A DNA stretch of 64,000 nt, from positions 101,990,001 to 102,054,000 of the forward strand of contig OZ024743.1 of the NCBI GenBank assembly GCA_964016885.1, given 5' to 3'. Origin of the DNA: Eledone cirrhosa. Taxonomy: Eukaryota. The notes beneath the pieces were generated by a model, which worked only from the letters and a program-made list of their open reading frames with translations, was not told the origin of the DNA and ran no database searches. A program made the position numbers and the translations under genes. Each line of letters starts with the position of its first letter. Position 1 is the stretch's first letter. Of this stretch, positions 26,490-39,720 are shown in pieces.

Positions 26490-26876
26490 ATACTTTGGGA
26501 GGGTCATATATATATATGTATATTAATGTCTATATTGATAAATCGACATATCTGTTTATTGATTGACCAAAATAAATTGCAAGTACGTTCTGAGCCTGTT
26601 TTTAAAGGACATAATTAGAATACACTCATGCCCCTATTAGCTAAATCGGATTTCGTATTCTTTCTCTCACTGTCTCTCTCACTCACTCTCTCACTCACTC
26701 TCTTTCTCTCCCTCTCTCTCCATTTATATATGCGTGTATGTGTAAAGGTAAAGAAGAGAGTCGGTTTTGATACTATATTGATAATACATTAGTGCACAAG
26801 TCTTGGAGTGCTTTACGTCTATTTCAAATAACAGTCGGTACATTAATTGATCAACCAACGTTTCTTGACTTGAATA

Positions 26877-27031
<155 letters not shown>

Positions 27032-27176
27032 AGCACACACACGCACACAGACACACACACACACACACGCACACTCACATCCGCACACACATGTATATAT
27101 TCAGTATATATATATATAATAATTATTAGTAGAAACTATTATTATACATATACTATTATTATACATATACATATAA

Positions 27177-27368
27177 GGGCGGTGAATTGGCAGTATCGGT
27201 GGAGGGTCGGACGCCATTCATTCCAGCATAGTTACGTCCCTTTACGATCTGAGTTCAAATCCCGCCGATGTTGACTTTGCCTTTAATCCTTACGGGATCG
27301 ATAAAATAAAAGTACCAGTAATGCACTGTGTAATTGCTGGCCTTGTGCCTAAAGTAGAAACAATTATT
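27177..27368 (+). mobile_element. Family-A SINE
   Basis: GGGCGGTGAATTGGCAG...GAGTTCAAATCCCGCCG...GTAGAAACAATTATT. Confidence 0.8.
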
Positions 27369-27636
27369 ATACATATGCAGTTTGATTAGCACAATCTTTA
27401 CTAATCTGCTGACACGTTTATATCGTAACAGTTTCGTGACAAAATACATCTTGTCTCGCTGTTGTGATTCCTACCAAACTATTTGTTGCATATATGATTA
27501 AGATTACAAAGAAAACAATGGTGATATTGTTGTTTTTCCAAAGTGATAAATCATTCTAGCCATGATTCAAAGTGTCGTTTTAGAGATATCCAGGACTACA
27601 GTATCTAATGTGTCCCTTCATCAATTATCACTTGCA

Positions 27637-27855
27637 GGGCGGTGGATTGGTAGAACCGGTCGAGCGTCAGTCATCATGCTTTGTAGTATAGAGTTACGGC
27701 CCTTTACGTTCTGAGTTGGAATCACGCCGAGTTTAGCTCTGCCTTTATCCTTAGGGGTCGATATAATAAAGCACCAGTAATGCACTAGGATCGATTTAAT
27801 CGACTTTACTCCACCCCAAATGTCTGGACTTGTGCCTATAGTAGAAATCATTATT
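27637..27855 (+). mobile_element. Family-A SINE
   Basis: Same head, body and GTAGAAATCATTATT end. Confidence 0.75.
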
Positions 27856-29459
27856 TAACACTTGCAATCGTGTAATATCTTAACAGAAAATATTTGATAA
27901 TGTGTTTACTAATGCAAATGTTTATATTATATTTACTAGTAGACAGATGGTTGAAAAAATTAGCATTATTTACTCTTAACATCCTGTATTGATGCAACTG
28001 AAGATATCTAAACATGGGCTTGTTAATTGAAATGTTTATAGTATTTTAACTAGTTGATAGATTGTTGTCAACATTTGGTCTATTAACTTTAACATTCTGT
28101 AATAATTTAACAGAAAATATCTAAAGAGGAGTTTGTTATATTAAATATTTATAATATATTTACTAATAGACAGATCGTTGTGAAAATTTGGAGTATTAGA
28201 CAAAAGAGCTTTAATATGATAGAGCCATGGTGTTGCTTTGTGCTTTTCAAGAATGGTTTCCTAATGTGGCTTCACGAGGTAGAGAACATTTAATGTTAAG
28301 TAGGGTATGATTTCAGGGGGATTTGGCTGCTATTTGTAGCAAGTGAGAGGGCCTGGTCGAGTCTTCCGTCTCCGCTGGAAAAATAGCATTGTTGAACGCT
28401 ATAATAGATTAAGATGCATTCTTCCTCTCAGAAAGGCAGACAATGAGAAGATTAAACGAAAAACATGGAAACATAAAAGAACTATATGGAAACAGATTTC
28501 TATAAAGGATTATAAAAAAAACAATAACTAAAATCTTTATTATAGAACCAAGTTTATAATTTTACTGCGTAAATAAGCGATCTTTCGGAAATATGTCTTT
28601 TAGTTCATTGTTGAAACATATGCAGGTCTGAGCAGATAACATTATCTATTAAGATGATGCGTTCTATATAAGATGGACAGACAAAAATAACTAATACATT
28701 TGTTATCTAAGGACTTAATTATGAATACAAATTTCAGTATGCGATAATATTTATAATTATTACTGTTATTATCTTTCTTCAATTCTCAAGTGTCTGCGAT
28801 GATGATATTTGATTTGTGCACAAGTGTGAGTGTAAGTGTGAGTGTGAGTATGAGTGTGAGTGTGTGTGTTTGTGTGTGTGTGCAAACGCACTGCTGTTGG
28901 CTTCGGTGAAACTGAAGTACCTATCGAGAAAGCTATAGAAACTACGACTGTTCTACCAGTGTATAATTATACCATCAATAAATCTTTGTGGTCATTTATA
29001 TGCCTATAACTATATACAAGACAACATTAACATCTACACACACACCCACACCCACACCCACACCCACACCCACACACACATACACACACGCGCGCGCACT
29101 ACTATTGTTTACTGTCGCACCGTATTCACCATGGTACTTGCAGACTAGAGCCGAATGCTACCATTCTATTGTACAGCGATTCGAGACAGATTTTCTCTAT
29201 TAACCGATGTTTTTCACTCACTTATTAATTTGTGTTTGAGATATGTTGGTTGAGTTCTTATGGAAGGGCTGAAGAATAGAACCTCGACTCCTACATCACG
29301 TAAATTTCTGAACCAGTGGCCAATCGGTTTAGAGTATTTTGATTACGCGTAGGAATTTCAGTTACTAATGTACTACTGTGTCGCCTGTCGCATTCACTGC
29401 CATAGGCAGAACGGACTGGAATCGAAGTCTGTCGGTCGATTGGTTATTGATTATGCGAG

Positions 29460-29572
29460 ACTCGCAGATGAAGCCACGTGCACCGATTGTGCATTGTTGT
29501 ATAATAAATGCAGACAATAGATGCTGTATACTCTCTTGTTGCATTAAGTGTGGCCGAAACTCGAGTACGGGT
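29460..29572 (+). ncRNA. Hammerhead-like motif with CAGAUGA core and 84 nt stem II
   Basis: ACTCG CAGATGA A-GCCACG...TGTGGC-C GAAA CTCGAG TA CGGGT. Confidence 0.7.
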
Positions 29573-29876
29573 AGAGATTTATGTTACCCATTTACGTATG
29601 TTGTAATGAAGCAAATAACTTTTTGTCTACTCTGGGATTTTTACATAACCTTACCTATTGAATACGCTGAAATACGACCAGTACTAGCAGGGAAACCTTA
29701 TGTTAGTCCCGTCAACTACTTATTACACACACACACGCACACACACACACACACACACGTATACTCTTTTACTCGTTTACCTGTTCCAGCCATCCGGCTG
29801 AGACTATGCTGGGCCACCTCCCTTAAGAACAAATATGGAACGCTTCACGAATATATATGTATATATATATATATAT

Positions 29877-31397
29877 ATGAAAGACGTAAAATAAGAAAAT
29901 TTTAAAAATTAAAAATTAACTTACTAAAATATTCACTCCAACTAATTAGTTTCTGTAATGGAATAAAGATAGTTACGCAATGTAACTGTCGAGAATTCAT
30001 TACGTCATCAGGGAGTCTATTCTCAGCTAAGTCTCCAGGCAATGCGCGGACACTAGGGACTCATATACAAATAATAATAATTCGGTGGATGGAACAGCTA
30101 GCGGGGACTGAATTCCAAAGCACTGAAAAAGTTCACTGTCTCTGGTCAAATGGCAGATTCTAAAGAATCAATCACGTCACACTGAGGCTAGTCGGAAGGA
30201 GTGGGGTGGTAAAATGACAAAAGCCTACTACCACTACAATGAGTTAGTAGTGGATTTGGCAGGTTTGCTCAACAAATAAATAATTTGGAGAGAAATATAG
30301 AGAATTAGTATATTTACCAACATATGCGTACAGATGTACACTAATGCTAGCAAATACATAAGTTATGTCATAGTACCTAGGTGGTTCAATGCAAGAGGAT
30401 GCAGAAAAATTATATGAAAGACGTAAAATAAGAAAATTTTAAAAATTAAAAATTAACTTACTTACTAAAATTTTCACTCCAACTAATTAGTTTCTGTAGT
30501 GGGATAAAGATAGTTACGCAGTGTAACTGTCGAGAATTCATTACGTCATCAGGGAGTCTATTCTCAGCTAAGTCTCCAGGCAATGCGCGGACACTAGGGA
30601 CTCATATACAAATAATAATAATTCGGTGGATGGAACAGCTAGTGGGGACTGAATTCCAAAGCACTGAAAAAGTTCACTGTCTCTGGTCAAATGGCAGATT
30701 CTAAAGAATCAATCACGTGACACTGAGGCTAGTCGGAAGGAGTGGGGTGGTAAAATGACAAAAGCCTACTACCACTACAATGAGTTAGTAGTGGATTTGG
30801 CAGGTTTGCTCAACAAATAAATAATTTGGAGATAAATATAGAGAATTAGTATATTTACCAACATATGCGTACAGATGTACACTAATGCTAGCAAATACAT
30901 AAGTTATGTCATAGTACCTAGGTGGTTCAATGCAGGAGGATGCAGAACAATTATATGAAAGACGTAAAATAAAAAAATTTTAAAAATTAAAAATTAACTT
31001 ACTAAAATTTTCACTCCAACTAATTAGTTTCTGAAATGGGATAAAGATAGTTACGCAATGTAACTGTCGAGAATATTATTATTATTTTTATATGAGTCCC
31101 TAGTGTCCGCGGATTGCCTGGAGACTTAGCTGAGAATAGACTCCCTGATGACGTAATGAATTCTCGACAGTTACATTGCGTAACTATCTTTATCCCATTA
31201 CAGAAACTAATTAGTTGGAGTGAAAATTTTAGTAAGTAAGTTAATTTTTAATTTTTAAAATTTTCTTATTTTACGTCTTTCATATAATTGTTCTGCATCC
31301 TCCTGCATTGAACCACCTAGGTACTATGACATAACTTATGTATTTTCTAGCATTAGTGTACATCTGTACGCATATGTTGGTAAATATACTAATTCTC
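29877..31397. mobile_element. Retrozyme-like tandem array: ~2.2 units of ~540 bp plus an inverted copy (31075-31397)
   Basis: Hammerheads at 29935-30016 (-), 30476-30557 (-) and 31140-31221 (+); units nearly identical; (TA)n flanks. Confidence 0.85.
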
Positions 31398-31406
31398 TCT
31401 CTCCCT

Positions 31407-31439
<33 letters not shown>

Positions 31440-31484
31440 CAATGATATTAAATAAATGGGAAATATATTTATAAAACCATATTT

Positions 31485-31544
31485 ATTCTATTATATATAT
31501 TCCAAGAGTACCAAAGATTTTGGTACGCTATCATCAGATAAAAT
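31485..31544 (-). ncRNA. Hammerhead-like motif (GGAA instead of GAAA)
   Basis: ATTTTAT CTGATGA T-AGCGTACCAAA-ATC-TTTGGTACTCT-T GGAA TATATA TA ATAGAAT. Confidence 0.6.
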
Positions 31545-31630
31545 ACAAAATGTTTTATAAATATTTGACATGACCAAGGATGTATACTTTAACGGTTCAA
31601 GTTATACCTGGAAATATAAATATGTCTTCT

Positions 31631-31662
<32 letters not shown>

Positions 31663-31666
31663 TTGC

Positions 31667-31697
<31 letters not shown>

Positions 31698-32069
31698 CGT
31701 TATTCCGGGTTGAATCGGAGGTAACCACAGTAAGTAAGGTACTCAATACATAGCAGAGTATAATAGTTTTAATATAGAAGAGATTCTACAGGACTAGAAC
31801 TGTTTCATTCATTAGAAATCATCAGGAATCATTTTTTATTTTACGTCTTTCATATAATTGTTCTGCATCCTCCTGCATTGAACCACCTAGGTACTATGAC
31901 ATAACTTATGTATTTGCTAGCATTAGTGTACATCTGTACGCATATGTTGGTAAATATACTAATTCTCTATATTTATCTCCAAATTATTTATTTGTTGAGC
32001 AAACCTGCCAAATCCACTACTAACTAATGAATGAAACAGTTCTAGTCCTGTAGAATCTCTTCTATATTA

Positions 32070-32073
<4 letters not shown>
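31698..32073. mobile_element. Chimeric fold-back: CAG-family termini enclosing ~195 bp of the 540 bp retrozyme
   Basis: Hammerhead 31782-31830 (-): GATTC CTGATGA TTTCTAATGAAT GAAA CAG..CTG TA GAATC; 31832-32025 matches the neighbouring array. Confidence 0.75.
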
Positions 32074-32155
<82 letters not shown>

Positions 32156-32363
32156 TATATTCCAATACAGCAGTGATATATACAGGTACTTAAGTTTCTT
32201 TGGGTTATACACCCAAAATCATTCAGCCTATATTGCCGTACTAATATTTTTCCATTTCTTAGAGGGTTGTAAACCCCACTATCAGGCTAAAATTTCTTTA
32301 GTAGAAAAATACGACGAAAGCTTCTATCTCTAATTTCAAATCTGCTCGCTGTTTCAAAACATA

Positions 32364-32403
<40 letters not shown>

Positions 32404-32420
32404 TATGTTTTGAACATATG

Positions 32421-32451
<31 letters not shown>

Positions 32452-32476
32452 GTATATATATATGTATATATATATA

Positions 32477-32673
32477 TAGGAAAATGTTCAAGACCCCAAC
32501 GGCAGAGCTCAAGCCGTTTCGACGGCTATTTCTGGACTGAAATAGCCGTCGAAACGGCTCGAGCTCTGCCGTCGGGGTCTTGAACATTTTCCTATTACCC
32601 ACTCTACTACCCTAAGTATTGAGTACTCTGGTGCGTTATGGTCCACCTGGTTCCTTATCATACTTCCTCCGTT
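32477..32673. mobile_element. Fold-back Penelope-like terminus (family E1) with hammerhead 3' half
   Basis: ~55 bp inverted arms, GAAA CGGC..GCCG TC GGGGTC, ~80 bp tail, (TA)n flanks. Confidence 0.75.
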
Positions 32674-32741
32674 ATATATATATATATACATGTATGTATG
32701 TGTGTCTGTGTGTGTGTGTGTTTGTGTGTGTGTGTAACTTT

Positions 32742-33050
32742 TAGGGCGTCAGATTAAATGCCTTAGTATCGGTTCTGGGTCACCTATATTCTGAGTTAAA
32801 TCTTGCCGAGGTAAACTGTGCTTTTCATCCTTTCTAGGATGATAATATAGTACCAGTCCAGTACTGTGGCCCGATTCCTCTTCTGCCTTTATATCACTCT
32901 TTCACGCACTTTTACCTTGAGGAAACTGGCCGTGTTTCTACTGGGCCGTTAGGTGGAACTATGGAAATTGTCAAGTTTAAAATGTCCCCAAAACACACCG
33001 TGTGTCAGGACGTCATTCCTATGACTTCATTAAGAGTTAAGGGCCCTTTG
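32742..33050 (+). mobile_element. Family-A SINE, long form
   Basis: TTCTGAGTTAAATCTTGCCGAGGTAAAC..CTTTTCATCCTTT..GTACCAGTCCAGTACTG...CATTAAGAGTTAAG. Confidence 0.6.
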
Positions 33051-33685
33051 AAACAAGTAATTTTATATATTCAGTATAACATCTTCATTGCAACGAAATG
33101 AAAGTCATATTGAATGCAGTTCCCACTGTTGAATAGCTTTATTTCATCATTTGTTACACGTCAAAGCAAACAAAGGCATCACAATTACACAATTATATAT
33201 TCAAAATCACATCGATTCAGTAATAGGAATGAAAGCCAAATAAAAGTGAAGAAAAAATAAGAGAAATAACAACAAAAGATAATAAAAAGATAAAGAAATA
33301 AAATAGAGGAAATCGTATTTGAAGACGCACTGCGTAGTTCCTCTTTCTCAACAAAGGATTTGTGTATGTGTTTGCGTGTGTGTATGCGCGTCCTAGAATT
33401 TGAATATGCATGCAGCGTAGCATTGTGTTACTGCACGTATGCAAGTGCTTGCCTGTATGCATAACTGATAGCGTGTGTTGCTATGTCTAGTACGTGTTAT
33501 ACGGCTGTGTGTGTTCCTTTGTGTAAGCTTGTAATGTGGAAACAAATGAAATGCAGTTTAAACACTGCACCGATCGCAGTGCAAACTACATTGTATCTAT
33601 GTATATATATATATATACGGTGTTGAAGGATATACATACACACATACCTGTATATATATAGGTTGTAAAGCATATGCATATATAA

Positions 33686-34126
33686 TAGACCTGAAAAATG
33701 CGCAAGGTCAAAAGAGCCACAGAATGTTATAATAAACCCTCAAAAGTGTGGGACTAGAGTTGTTGCTCAAAAATATTGTAATCATTATCTATCGTACACT
33801 TTGTGGCATCCTTTTATAAAAACAGACTCATAACGAACTCAAGACGACACGATAAATATTTAAGCTAATGTTCAATATCTCATATTAGATGTTTAGTAAT
33901 GATTAATATGAAATGCACTTAAACCGAATTCTATATTATAAATTCACTTAAATAATTATCGTGTCGTCTTGAGTTCGTTATGAGTCTCTTTTTTATAAAA
34001 GGATGCCACAGAGTGTACGATAGATAATGATTACAATGTTTTTGAGCAACAACTCTAGTCCCACACTTTTGAAGGTTTATTATAACATTCTGTGGCTCTT
34101 TTGAGCTTGCGCATTTTTCAGGTCTA
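33686..34126. repeat. ~180 bp inverted repeat with 82 bp spacer
   Basis: 33686-33864 is the near-perfect reverse complement of 33947-34126. Confidence 0.85.
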
Positions 34127-34806
34127 GTTTAATATTTTTCTAAGGCAACGCTTGTAATAACTCTAGTTAAACATGATATATATTAATAATAAATTATCGT
34201 TGTAATGTAATTAGATTATATAATTGTTATTTTATAAATGATCTTATAAATATGATTGTAAGATGTATAAAAATATTTTCAGACTTTTAATAGTTAATAT
34301 AAATTTATAAAATCATATAACAATATAACTTACCAAAACGAGAAAAATATTTTGATGATAAAACGACGAAATACTGGAGGAAGATTCGAAAGCGAAACGA
34401 TGAATAAACGTGGAAAAAAAGTGGCGGATGCTTTTGAGCAACAATTACTCTCGATACATTACAAAAGATGTTTGGGAGAAATCACCACGGCCAGCGATAC
34501 CCCTTGAAATTTTTATTCACAAGCTGTCAATATGTCATGTTAGTCATCAATCACACACAACACACAGACACACAGACTTAAAACATTCTGTTGATAGCCA
34601 CTGCGTGTCTAACAGATTTTGAAGGCTTTCTCTTATAAATACATATAGGTATCTATACATATATACACACACATATTTATATACACACGTACACACACAC
34701 ACACACACACATTTATTTATATACACACACAAATGTATCATTGTAATTTGGAAGGGTCCTGCGACGAATTATTTTTTGTGCATGTGCGTATTATGTGTGT
34801 GTGTTA

Positions 34807-34848
<42 letters not shown>

Positions 34849-34944
34849 TGTGTTATGTTGGTTGTGTGTGTGTGTGTGTGACTTCTTAATCTGGGTAGTG
34901 CATCTATTCGTTGTGCGGATACAATTATTATTTCAATGTTTTCT

Positions 34945-35290
34945 AGTGAGCTTTTTTGTTCTAGTTTGGCATGTGGCTCCATCTTTTTTTTTTAGTCGGA
35001 GTCGTTTCATCTGGATATATTGTGGTCATATTTCTTCATTGTCTTTTTGTACATCTTATATTACAAATTACATTTATAGTTTTATGTTTTATCTGTGGGC
35101 TTATTTGCAGACTATATAATTTCTATCAATATAAGTTGTTTTTTAAACGGTAAATTTTACTGAGTGAGGATTTTAAGCAAATTCCTGTTTTTTCTAATAC
35201 ATTGATTTTTAAGTTTAATTTATCTAAAACCCTTCCGGGGGTAGCATTGACGAACATCATACTCCGGTATTTTTTGTTGTCATACTACAA
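34945..35290 (-). pseudogene. Decayed Penelope-like element ORF: linker and GIY-YIG endonuclease region
   Basis: YRSMMFVNATPGRVL..LKINVLEKTGICLKSSLSK then (frameshift) NVICNIRC..IYPDETTPT, resembling the FVxATPG..KVVEKxGxSLK..VIYxIxC..YIGET pattern. Confidence 0.55.
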
Positions 35291-35428
35291 GTACATTTTA
35301 TCTAACTGCCTCCTTATTCTCTATCTACAAGTGAATTGTACATATTCAGTTAATGTTTGAATCTTTAAGCACTTTAGTATTTTAATCACCCATTCAATAC
35401 ACACACATACACCCATACACACACGCAT

Positions 35429-35463
<35 letters not shown>

Positions 35464-35553
35464 CATATACACACATCTATAGATTTTTATACATATGCAT
35501 ATATACATATATATATATGTATATAAATCTATATAGGTATATATATATATGTG

Positions 35554-35615
<62 letters not shown>

Positions 35616-35790
35616 TACATATACATATATATTTATAATCTCCATGATTTCATTTACAGACGAGTCCGTTAGTAAGGTTGACACTATCGTTATTCTACAA
35701 ACAGCTTTCTGTTCCACACACACGCACAAACACACACACGCATACACATACACAAACACACATGCACACACACACACGCACACACACACG

Positions 35791-35833
<43 letters not shown>

Positions 35834-36155
35834 GAATTAAAATAGTGAGAACGGCGCTGTATGGTTACTAATAAATATTATTTAGAAACCGTAAGAGAAA
35901 CAAACACAAGGACAAATCCCGCTCATCAGCTGTCTTCTGTGGATCACTGATGTTTCGAAGGTATTAAAGACAGTACATCTCACCGCAGTGCGTTGATAGC
36001 TATCCAGGAAGAAACACAACAGACGATAACGAAGAGAACGACATAAAGATAAAAACAAAAAAGAAAGGCATACAGATAGAGAAAGGGGAAAAGACGAAGG
36101 CAGCAGTACATGAAAGTTTGCTAGTAACCCGAGGGAAAATATATACATGTGTGGG

Positions 36156-36212
<57 letters not shown>

Positions 36213-36216
36213 GTGT

Positions 36217-36256
<40 letters not shown>

Positions 36257-36529
36257 ATGTGTGTGTGTGTGTATGTGTGTGTGTGTGTGTGTATAATTCT
36301 CTGAAGCGCTCTTTATTGTAGGATACATATTGTATAAAATTTTACACTGAGCACCAAAATTAGGAGTTTCAATATGACAATAGCTGAGTGAAAAAAAGAA
36401 AATAAAACTATTTAATATGCAAGTTGCATCAGATCCTTTCATAGAACATTTATTTCCAATCGAAAAAGCTGACAATGGATCTATTGATTATTTTTGACAT
36501 GCAAAAGTACAATATAATCTTCGCTGTTT

Positions 36530-37435
36530 ACTTACTCCCACCTCTCTCATACGCTCTCACACACTCTCTTACAGAGATCACTCTTTTTCTCTCGTACACT
36601 ATCCCACCTCTCTCATACACTCTCCTACAGTCCCACTCTTTTTCTTTCGTACACTTACACTATCCCACCGCTCTTATAAGCTCTCACACACTCTCCTATA
36701 GAGCCCACTCTTTTTATCTCGTTCACTTACACTATCCCTCCTCTCTCATACGCTCTTACACACTCTCCTATAGAGCTCACTCTTTTTATCTCGTTCACTT
36801 ACACTATCCCTCCTCTCACATAAGCTCTCACACACTCTCCTACAGTCCCACTCTTTTTATCTCGTTCACTTACACTATCCCACCGCTCTCATAAGCTCTC
36901 ACTCACTCTCCTATAGAGCCCACTCTTTTTATCTCGTTCACTTACACTATCCCACCGCTCTCATAAGCTCTCACTCACTCTCCTATAGAGCCCACTCTTT
37001 TTATCTCGTTCACTTACACTATCCCACCGCTCTCATAAGCTCTCACTCACTCTCCTATAGAGCCCACTCTTTATATCTCGTTCACTTACACTATCCTACC
37101 GCTCTCATAAGCTCTCACTTACTCTCCTATAGAGCCCACTCTTTTTATCTCGTTCGCTCACACTATCCCTCCTCTCTCACACACTCTCCTACACAGCTCT
37201 ACACAGTCCCACTCTATCATTCGTACATTTACAATATCCCATCTCTGTCATACGCTCTCACACACCCTCCTACAGTCCCACTCTTTTTCTCCCGTACACT
37301 TGCACTATCCCACCTCTCTCATACACTCTCCCACAGTCCCACTCTTTCTCTCGTACATTTACACTATCCCACCCCTCTCACACACACCCCTACAGTGTCA
37401 CTCTTTCTCTCGTATACTTACACTATCCCATCTTT
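36530..37435. repeat. CT-rich minisatellite, 72 bp core unit
   Basis: CCCACTCTTT.TATCTCGTTCACTTACACTATCC at 36847, 36919, 36991, 37063; degenerate shorter units at the edges. Confidence 0.9.
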
Positions 37436-37820
37436 CTCTTGTTTTACCTTTGTTTTCCTCCTTTATTTGCTTTCGTTGCAAAATGTAGAAATATATATAT
37501 CTGTGTACATTAGTACTGTCCATCTCACTGTCCATCTCACACATTATCTCATTTCACACCTTCCTCACCCACTCTCCTAATTTAGTATTTTTGTTTTTGA
37601 TATATTTTTGTATATATTTGTATTTCATTTACTCGCTTTCGTAGATCACAACTGATTAGAATCGTTACGTTTGGCGGGAGTTGAAAGACGACTCCACGCC
37701 TAGATATTTATATATTAGGCGTTCATAATGTCGATTTCAACATTTATGTGTGATTGATTGCGTATTGATTGTAGATATATTTACTTAAGTGGTCCCTTAT
37801 ATAAGTATACATACATACAT

Positions 37821-37898
<78 letters not shown>

Positions 37899-38269
37899 TT
37901 ATACGTATATATATGTGTTTATATATATATATATATTTACATATATGCGTATATATATGTGTTTATATATATATATATATATTTACATATATGCAGGTGT
38001 CTATATGTATGTATACATGTATGAGATAATTATGTAAAGTACCAGTAAAGACGGAAATAAAGTAGACAGAGACCCCTCTGTCCGTTTCCTCGTCTCCAAG
38101 GATACATTATCCGAATTTTCAACTATTATTTATAGTGGTCATTTATTATACCTATCTGCGTTTGGACTACTACATTTTCAAATTTTGCATTTTCAAAATC
38201 TTCGTATATCTATCGGATATATTTATACGTAAATGTATAAATACATATATGTATTTACACACACACACA

Positions 38270-38338
<69 letters not shown>

Positions 38339-38699
38339 GTATATATATGGTATATATATATATGTCCCTCTCTGTTCATGTGTATATATGTAAAGCCACT
38401 CTCATATATGTCTTTTTCATATATATATTTGTTTAAATAAGATATAGATATAGTTTCAAGCATATTATATTCCATCCATGAACAACACAACCATTAGTTG
38501 ATACCGAATGGCTTAATAGATGAATGAGACCATTCCGTAGTACAATGGAAGAACACATTCTGTCTCTTACAATGATACAATAGACGCAGCACTCAGTAAA
38601 TTAACATAAACTATACATGTCATATACGACAGAAAGCAAATAGACACCGGGTACAGTATTCATAGACATGCTTGTAATACTTTTTAAACTATAAATGGA

Positions 38700-39235
38700 A
38701 ACATGCTGCCTACGCTTCTCAAATTGCTTTGAAAATTATCAAAAAGTTGGTGGGATTTAATTATATATTTCTCATAATTACGCTGATTTTTCAAACAAAG
38801 ATTCTCATATAAAATTATGATTGAAAGATTTTGGATAAATATAAACGTTTTAATACTTTTACTAACATATTTCTAACAAAAGACTCAGTCTACAAGTTGC
38901 AAATTATTTAGAAAATTATGAAAACTTTGGTGGGATTTAATTATTTCCATAATTAAATTTCTCATTTTTAGTTTGTTTCGAACGTAACTCAATCGTTCTT
39001 ACGTAAAATTATGATGGAAAATCTTTAGATATATATCAATACTTTAACAGTCTTATTACCATATTTCAAATGAAAGACACCACCTACGATTTTCAAATTA
39101 CAAAAAAAAACCCAAAGGATTTGGTGGTATTTACTCATACAACTAACTTTTTCATTATTAAGTCTGTTTAGAACATAACTTAATAAAGGTTTTCACATAA
39201 AATTATGGTGGAAAGGTTTTTAGATAAGCATGAAC
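38700..39235. repeat. Old tandem repeat, ~3 copies of 180-195 bp
   Basis: TTGGTGGGATTTA and AAAATTATGRT.GAAA recur at ~38750, ~38930, ~39122. Confidence 0.6.
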
Positions 39236-39539
39236 ACTTTCGTATAAATATAAACAGTTTCGTATCGTTGAGCAAGGGGCGGTTGAAGTGGCTTGGTATC
39301 AATATGTGTAGCTTATGTTTGGAACATAATAAAGGTTTAGTATCAAAAGGGTTAACAAAAACATTGACGTATTTCACAATTCACCAGAACCTTATTGTTA
39401 GAATATATTAACAAAAGGAATATTCATCTGTCTCACTCCATATTCAGATCTGTCGACCTCTAAAGACGCAAACGAGGAGTACCATGGAAAAACATTCCCC
39501 AAAACGGGGAGAAATGAGGCAAAATGGGGAGATTGTACA

Positions 39540-39720
39540 TAATTGTTTCTACTTTTGGCACAAGGCCAGCAATTACCCAGTACATTACTGGTACTTTATT
39601 TTATCGACCCCGTAAGGATGAAAGGCAAAGTGAACCTCGGCGGGATTTGAACTCAGACCGTAAAGTGACGTAACTATGCTGGAAAGCATGGCGTCCGACT
39701 CTCTACCTATACTGCCAAAC
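39540..39720 (-). mobile_element. Family-A SINE
   Basis: Reverse complement of the 22777/27177 copies. Confidence 0.8.

Noticed and set aside
36530-37435. CRISPR-like array
   Set aside because: No unique spacers; eukaryotic context; plain minisatellite
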